Assembly (NCBI GenBank): GCA_965225085.1
Contig: CBDDBE010000001.1
Location: 193,641-257,640 of the forward strand
Reading direction: 5' to 3'
Length of the DNA: 64,000 nucleotides
DNA from: an uncultured Candidatus Saccharibacteria bacterium
GTDB taxonomy: Bacteria > Patescibacteriota > Saccharimonadia > Saccharimonadales > EFPC-124
Made by a program: the position numbers and the translations under genes. A model generated the notes under the pieces. That model searched no databases. It was given only the letters and a program-made list of their open reading frames with translations, and was not told the origin of the DNA. Positions within the stretch are counted from its first letter, which is position 1; every line of letters begins with the position of its first letter. Below, one piece after another: positions 59,598-64,000 of this stretch.

Positions 59598-59670
59598 GGG
59601 CTGCGACCGACCGTTTCTACCCTTTTTGTTTGATACTAGCTTAGCATTGCAAACTGGAAGGGCACAAGTC

Positions 59671-59889
59671 TTAAACTTCTGCTTTTTGAACTTTCTTCAG
59701 AGTCAGGAACCCGTTGCGTGGGTTTTCTTGCACGCCGTAACCTTCTGGTAAGGCTGAAACAGCGTCAGCTGGACGCTCGTCCTTGGCGAAGAAATAAATA
59801 CGCTGTTCTTTGCCGCCGCGCAAAACAACATTCTTTGAATGCAAGAAGTATGTTACCCCTTTTGAATTAGTGTGCGTGTAAGCTGCCAT
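59671..59889 (-). CDS. Small conserved-looking hypothetical protein (72 aa)
   Basis: Strong SD aaaggagg 8 nt upstream of the internal ATG (MAAYTHTNSKGVTYFLH...). The longer ORF-track N-terminus is unlikely. Confidence 0.55.
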   Translation of the reverse strand: MAAYTHTNSKGVTYFLHSKNVVLRGGKEQRIYFFAKDERPADAVSALPEGYGVQENPRNGFLTLKKVQKAEV

Positions 59890-59992
59890 ACTAGAATTTC
59901 CTCCTTTTAGTTGCTTAACGTGATTTAACGATACGCTTGGGAAAGAACCTTTGTCAACAGGGATGTCAGAGATGCGAACAAAATCGGCACAC

Positions 59993-60622
59993 CTACCGAC
60001 GGGATCGTAACAGTAGTACGAGCGCCCCGGCCAGCACCATCCGACTGGCAATCAAAACCAACAAAAATACCGTCACCAGAACCGTAAACCCTGCTACATC
60101 AGGGCTCCACACGGGTGACAGAAAATCGTATCGATACAGATCTGCCAGCGGTACGCTAATAGCAACAACAGGCGATTGCGAAGACGTCTGCGCAGCAACA
60201 CGATCTACAACGCACTGCACATGCGCTTCGAAGGCCGTGATGCGATCGTAAGCTTTCTGGCAATCATCATCAACCTGCTGGTACACCCTGCCGGTCGAGC
60301 CGCCGGCCTGTTTGGCGTGGTCGATAGCCTGCAAATACGCCCGCTGGTAACCATGCTGCAAATACAGACCACTCGGCCCAATGCTGGTGTTCATGTGAGT
60401 AGTCACATATGTTCCCAGGGTAGTCAGAGCCCCTGATGCGTCCCCGCCCTGTTCGTCGGCCTGCTGAACTAGATTGCGCAGGGTAATCATGTTCAAGTTA
60501 TTTTGGCGCAGCATCAACGCCGACCATGCCGTCAGCGCCATCAGCAAAACCAGCAGCTGCCACAGCTTGACCTGCCGGATAACAACCAACATATGATGAA
60601 GCGCGCGCTTATTCACTCCCAC
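59993..60622 (-). CDS. Bitopic membrane protein, unknown function
   Basis: TM near each end, with an extracytoplasmic middle part. Confidence 0.5.
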   Translation of the reverse strand: MGVNKRALHHMLVVIRQVKLWQLLVLLMALTAWSALMLRQNNLNMITLRNLVQQADEQGGDASGALTTLGTYVTTHMNTSIGPSGLYLQHGYQRAYLQAIDHAKQAGGSTGRVYQQVDDDCQKAYDRITAFEAHVQCVVDRVAAQTSSQSPVVAISVPLADLYRYDFLSPVWSPDVAGFTVLVTVFLLVLIASRMVLAGALVLLLRSRR

Positions 60623-60779
60623 CTGCTTTCTTTACAGTCTAGTATACCAGCCGTAAGGAATACATTCCTAAGCTACACTTGCAACTCATGTGACTCCGGC
60701 GTGCGACTTGACTAAACTTCTAAATAATTATACTATCTATGAGTTCACAAGAGCCATTACTCGAGTAAGGAACAGTCAC

Positions 60780-61217
60780 ATGATCACGAGTGTGAACCTC
60801 GGCTTCGACGAGGCGAGGGACCTGCTGGACCAGCTCCTCGCGGCTGCGGCCAAGGACGCGAAGCTGGGGGCCGTCGCGATCTGCATCGTCGACGGTACCG
60901 GACGCCAGCTGATCGCTGCTGCGATGGACGGCGTCAAGACGCCCAGCATCGCGGTCGCCCACGACAAGGCCGTGACCGCGGCTGCGTGGCGCCGAGGCAC
61001 CATGGAGTTCTGCTACGCAATGCAGGACGGCAAGTGGGTGCCCGCCGGAGCCAAGGCCTGGTCCGGCATCGATGTGATGGCCGCAACCAACGCCTGGCCG
61101 TCTTTCACGCCGTGGGGCGGTGGCGCCCTGGTGATGTACGAAGGCAAGGTCGTGGGCGCCATCGGCGTCTCGGGGCGAACCGAGGCCGAGGACCACGAGC
61201 TGGCCTCTAGCGTGTAG
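60780..61217 (+). CDS. GlcG/HbpS-like (DUF336, haem-binding/degrading family) protein (cassette L)
   Basis: Contains AICIVDGTGRQL...SIAVAHDKAVTAA...GGGALVMYEGKVVGAIGVSGRTEAEDHELA. Promoter TTGACT-N17-TACTAT (60708-60736). Confidence 0.65.
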   Translation: MITSVNLGFDEARDLLDQLLAAAAKDAKLGAVAICIVDGTGRQLIAAAMDGVKTPSIAVAHDKAVTAAAWRRGTMEFCYAMQDGKWVPAGAKAWSGIDVMAATNAWPSFTPWGGGALVMYEGKVVGAIGVSGRTEAEDHELASSV

Positions 61218-61223
61218 GCCGCC

Positions 61224-61262
61224 GGCCCTGTTGCCCAGTCCGATTGGACGGGCAACAGGGCC
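61224..61262. terminator. Long GC hairpin between cassette L and tsaC
   Basis: ggccctgttgccc / gggcaacagggcc (13 bp) plus inner gtcc/ggac, followed by actttt. Confidence 0.7.
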
Positions 61263-61273
61263 ACTTTTAATTT

Positions 61274-61855
61274 CTAGCGGTATAGACTGCCGCGCAACAC
61301 TTCAACCACACCATCCTTTTGGCGGATAAGTGCAGAGGGTTGATTGCCCGACAGATCACCAGCGTCAACGTAGAGGTCAACGTTTTCGCCAAAATATCCT
61401 TGGGCTTCGGCAATAGTACTAGCTGGTTTTTCTCCGGCCAAGTTGGCGCTGGGCGCGATCAACGGGCCGGTATGGCGTAGTAGCGCGCGTAGCTCGTCAT
61501 CGTCAGGGACCCGAAAAGCCAGCGCACCGTCCATTGGGCGCAAAAACGTAGGCGTATTTGGCCGAACCGGCAGTACAATACTCACCGGCCCAGGCCAATA
61601 CTGCCGCGCGAGGCCACGGTCAAAATCGTTCCAATCAATCATATCCGACACCTGGCCAACATCGGCGATCAAGATAATACAGCTCTTCTGCGGCGGGCGA
61701 CTACGGGCTTCGTACACACGCTGAATTGCATCGGGAAAGCCAATACTGGCCACGATGCCGTACAGCGTATCGGTCGGGATGACGCCGATTGCACCACGCA
61801 CCAGCGCGGCAAATACGTCGGGATCGCTCAGGGTTTTATATACTTTCATGGTCAT
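61274..61855 (-). CDS. tsaC: L-threonylcarbamoyladenylate synthase (TsaC/YrdC family)
   Basis: Contains GVIPTDTLYGIVAS and SIVLP...APSANLAGEKP. The rest of the 357-aa ORF-track entry is antisense read-through over mscS. Confidence 0.85.
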   Translation of the reverse strand: MTMKVYKTLSDPDVFAALVRGAIGVIPTDTLYGIVASIGFPDAIQRVYEARSRPPQKSCIILIADVGQVSDMIDWNDFDRGLARQYWPGPVSIVLPVRPNTPTFLRPMDGALAFRVPDDDELRALLRHTGPLIAPSANLAGEKPASTIAEAQGYFGENVDLYVDAGDLSGNQPSALIRQKDGVVEVLRGSLYR

Positions 61856-61877
61856 CTCTTGGTATACTGGGTTAGTT

Positions 61878-62717
61878 ATGTGGCAACTTATTGTCTCGTG
61901 GTTCCGGGTTAATACCATCCCTATTATACTCATTCTGATCGCTAGTACGATTGTGGCACATTTTGGCGTCAAGTTAATGGCCTTGATCGTGCGTCGAACG
62001 GTCGGGCGAATACACACTGACCTTTCCGAGGAAGACATCAGCAAACGCCAAAATACGCTTATCAGCATGTTTGGGACGATACTGAAAGTGCTAGTATGGC
62101 TGACCGCGGGCTTTACCATCCTACAGACAATGGGCATCAACCTCGCGCCACTCCTGGCAGGCGCCGGTGTCCTGGGCGTAGCGCTAGGCTTTGGCGCGCA
62201 GTCGCTCATCAAGGATCTCTTGTCGGGCTTGTTTATCATTATCGAAAACCAATACCGCGTGGGTGACGTGGTAGATATTTCCAACGCCGTCGGCACCGTG
62301 GAACAGATCACCATCCGCTCGACCGTCATCCGCGACAACGACGGCAACGTGCACTACCTACCAAACGGCACGATCGCCCATGTCATCAACAAAACCATGG
62401 GCTACTCCAAGGTAAACTTCACGATCGCCGTTGCATCCGATACCAATGTCGACACCCTCAGCGAAATTATCAACGATGTCGGCGAAAAGCTAGCTCGCGA
62501 GGACAAGTGGAAGGACAAAATGCTCGAACCACCACACTTCCTGAATATCGGGTCCTTCACCAATGCCACCCTGGAGGCACGCATTATCGGCAAGACTCAA
62601 CCATCACAGCAATGGGCCGTCACGGGTGAGCTCCGCAAGCGCCTGTTGGTTGCGCTCAACAAACACAATATCTCGCTAACCCAAGGTTCGGCTCCAGCGT
62701 CTAGCAAGAAAAAATAA
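61878..62717 (+). CDS. mscS: Small-conductance mechanosensitive channel (MscS family)
   Basis: Three TMs, then GAQSLIKDLLSGLFIIIENQYRVGDVV. Confidence 0.88.
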   Translation: MWQLIVSWFRVNTIPIILILIASTIVAHFGVKLMALIVRRTVGRIHTDLSEEDISKRQNTLISMFGTILKVLVWLTAGFTILQTMGINLAPLLAGAGVLGVALGFGAQSLIKDLLSGLFIIIENQYRVGDVVDISNAVGTVEQITIRSTVIRDNDGNVHYLPNGTIAHVINKTMGYSKVNFTIAVASDTNVDTLSEIINDVGEKLAREDKWKDKMLEPPHFLNIGSFTNATLEARIIGKTQPSQQWAVTGELRKRLLVALNKHNISLTQGSAPASSKKK

Positions 62718-62724
62718 GGGGCTA

Positions 62725-63117
62725 CTACTGGGTGGTCGAACTTCCGCTCGCCGAAGCTCCTAGCTGGATGTTGTTGTCGTCCAGGGCTGCATCGCGAAAA
62801 TCGCCATAGCTGCCTAGCTCTTTGACGCGCGCGTCGTACTCTTTGTTAAAAGTGTCGATGGCGTTTTGGGTGATTGGGCTAGAGGTATCGTACGTCTCTG
62901 GCGTGCCCGTGGCGCGAACCTCGGCTCGTTCTCGCTCGTATCCTGGGCGGCTGAGGTCGAGCTTGGACGAACCGCCCCACGAGTACCACGCCACGCTAAT
63001 AACAGTTAGCACAAGTGCCATCAAAATCGCCGCGCCCAATGCCATAGGCAGCTTGGGGCCTCGGACAGACTTACGCGCAAAACGTTTGAACTTAGTGAGC
63101 GGCGGAGTAAATGACAT
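62725..63117 (-). CDS. Membrane-anchored hypothetical protein
   Basis: 130 aa with one TM. Confidence 0.45.
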   Translation of the reverse strand: MSFTPPLTKFKRFARKSVRGPKLPMALGAAILMALVLTVISVAWYSWGGSSKLDLSRPGYERERAEVRATGTPETYDTSSPITQNAIDTFNKEYDARVKELGSYGDFRDAALDDNNIQLGASASGSSTTQ

Positions 63118-63644
63118 TACTGCACCGTGTCCTTATATTTGACGAGTGCTGAACGGTACTGGTTGGTTAAATCGTTAATAGTCTGCACTTCGTCCCCCAC
63201 GGCATTTCGGTCGTCCCGCGCATGCGTTACAACATCATAATAATCCGCCGGCTTACTCTTGCAATCGATTGCAGCCGCGTTGGTCAGGTCAGTATCGTAT
63301 TTGTCATAATTGGCACGGAACTTATCGATATGCGACTGCATATCACTGGTAATTTGCAGCATATCGGGGGCGCTGATTTTGTTGTAGGCAAACCGGCTGT
63401 TCATGGCTGAGACCTGGCGCAACATTTGATCGTAATCACGGCCACGGTTTATGCGGGAAACGGCGTCACGCTTTTCGATCTGCTGCAGCGCAAACTGCGA
63501 GCTAGAACAATGCTGAACGATCACACTCAGTTTCTCTGGCGATATGTCTGCACCCGTCTGGGCAAAAACAGCGCTCGCGCCAAATAGGCCGACAGCAAGT
63601 ACAGCTAGGCCAATAAGAATTCGATTAACACGACGATGGCTCAT
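63117..63644 (-). CDS. Secreted hypothetical protein
   Basis: Signal peptide ...ASAVFA|Q followed by a helical domain. Confidence 0.45.
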   Translation of the reverse strand: MSHRRVNRILIGLAVLAVGLFGASAVFAQTGADISPEKLSVIVQHCSSSQFALQQIEKRDAVSRINRGRDYDQMLRQVSAMNSRFAYNKISAPDMLQITSDMQSHIDKFRANYDKYDTDLTNAAAIDCKSKPADYYDVVTHARDDRNAVGDEVQTINDLTNQYRSALVKYKDTVQ

Positions 63645-63653
63645 CGGTTTTAA

Positions 63654-64000
63654 TTATGGCAGCTTGGTCTGGCCTGTCAATCTGACGCGTGGACCATCGC
63701 GTTCTACCAGACCCTCTTGTGTCAGGTCATCCAATACCGACATAAGCCGCTCGTCTGGCAGGTGAGTCTGGAGCTTATCCACACGTATCTGGCCTGTGAG
63801 CAATTGTCGCAAGATTTCCCCACGCAGTTGCCGACGGGAGCCTTCAAATGTACTCTGGCGAACATAATGCTTGGAACGCGCTATATTATTACCCCGCGTC
63901 TGCTTCAGGTGCGTCCCGTAATCCATCAACGCCCAATACCACTCGCGGGGATGTTCGCGGTCAAGCATCTGCTCGACCAACGGCATTAATTCTTTGTCAT
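63654..64000 (-). CDS. HhH-GPD (MutY/Nth-like) glycosylase, C-terminal part; gene runs off the window
   Basis: Contains WYWALMDYGT. The Cys-free segment after it is followed by a wHTH-like tail. Confidence 0.55.
   Translation of the reverse strand, partial: DKELMPLVEQMLDREHPREWYWALMDYGTHLKQTRGNNIARSKHYVRQSTFEGSRRQLRGEILRQLLTGQIRVDKLQTHLPDERLMSVLDDLTQEGLVERDGPRVRLTGQTKLP

Noticed and set aside
61856-62347. N-terminal 160 aa of the 357-aa minus-strand ORF.
   Set aside because: It is antisense to the well-supported mscS gene. The TsaC homology starts only at MTMKVYK (61855).

Overview
This 64-kb window looks like the backbone of a small-genome, roughly 50% G+C bacterium. The taxonomic guess is a Patescibacteria/CPR, Saccharibacteria-like epibiont. 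That guess is inference from gene content only, because no rRNA gene is present.

Backbone genes:
- DNA repair and recombination: recA-recX, ruvB-ruvA-ruvC-yebC, comEC, a uvrD-like helicase with an EndoQ-like PHP nuclease, and a partial HhH glycosylase.
- Heat shock: hrcA, grpE, dnaK and dnaJ, each preceded by its own CIRCE operator.
- Energy: an F1-type ATPase operon in the order b, delta, alpha, gamma, beta, epsilon.
- Envelope and translation: lepA, murJ, ftsH, tilS, tsaC, mscS, an ABC-2 exporter, a rimK cluster, a type IV pilin-like gene and a membrane GT2.
- RNA genes: four tRNAs, namely Lys-UUU and three CAU-anticodon species.
- One 3,163-aa repetitive surface protein.

The most unusual signal is about 12 short self-contained transcription units wedged between these conserved genes.
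- Each has a near-consensus TTGACx-N16-18-TAnnnT promoter, a Shine-Dalgarno site, a visibly G+C-richer orphan ORF of 97-214 aa, and a GC-rich hairpin.
- Ten of the twelve are on the + strand.
- They split gene pairs that are normally contiguous: hrcA|grpE, dnaK|dnaJ, atpD|atpC and the helicase|nuclease pair.
- One unit (18172-18777) has a promoter and terminator but no credible ORF, and contains long near-perfect hairpins. It is a candidate ~570-nt structured RNA.

The ATPase operon has no canonical a or c subunit gene in the window. It opens instead with a 284-aa exported protein whose C-terminal two-helix hairpin resembles a c subunit.

No CRISPR array, integrase, transposase or rRNA gene was seen. 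All calls come from reading the sequence and the ORF translations by hand. No database search or folding program was run, and hairpin and promoter coordinates are hand-derived.
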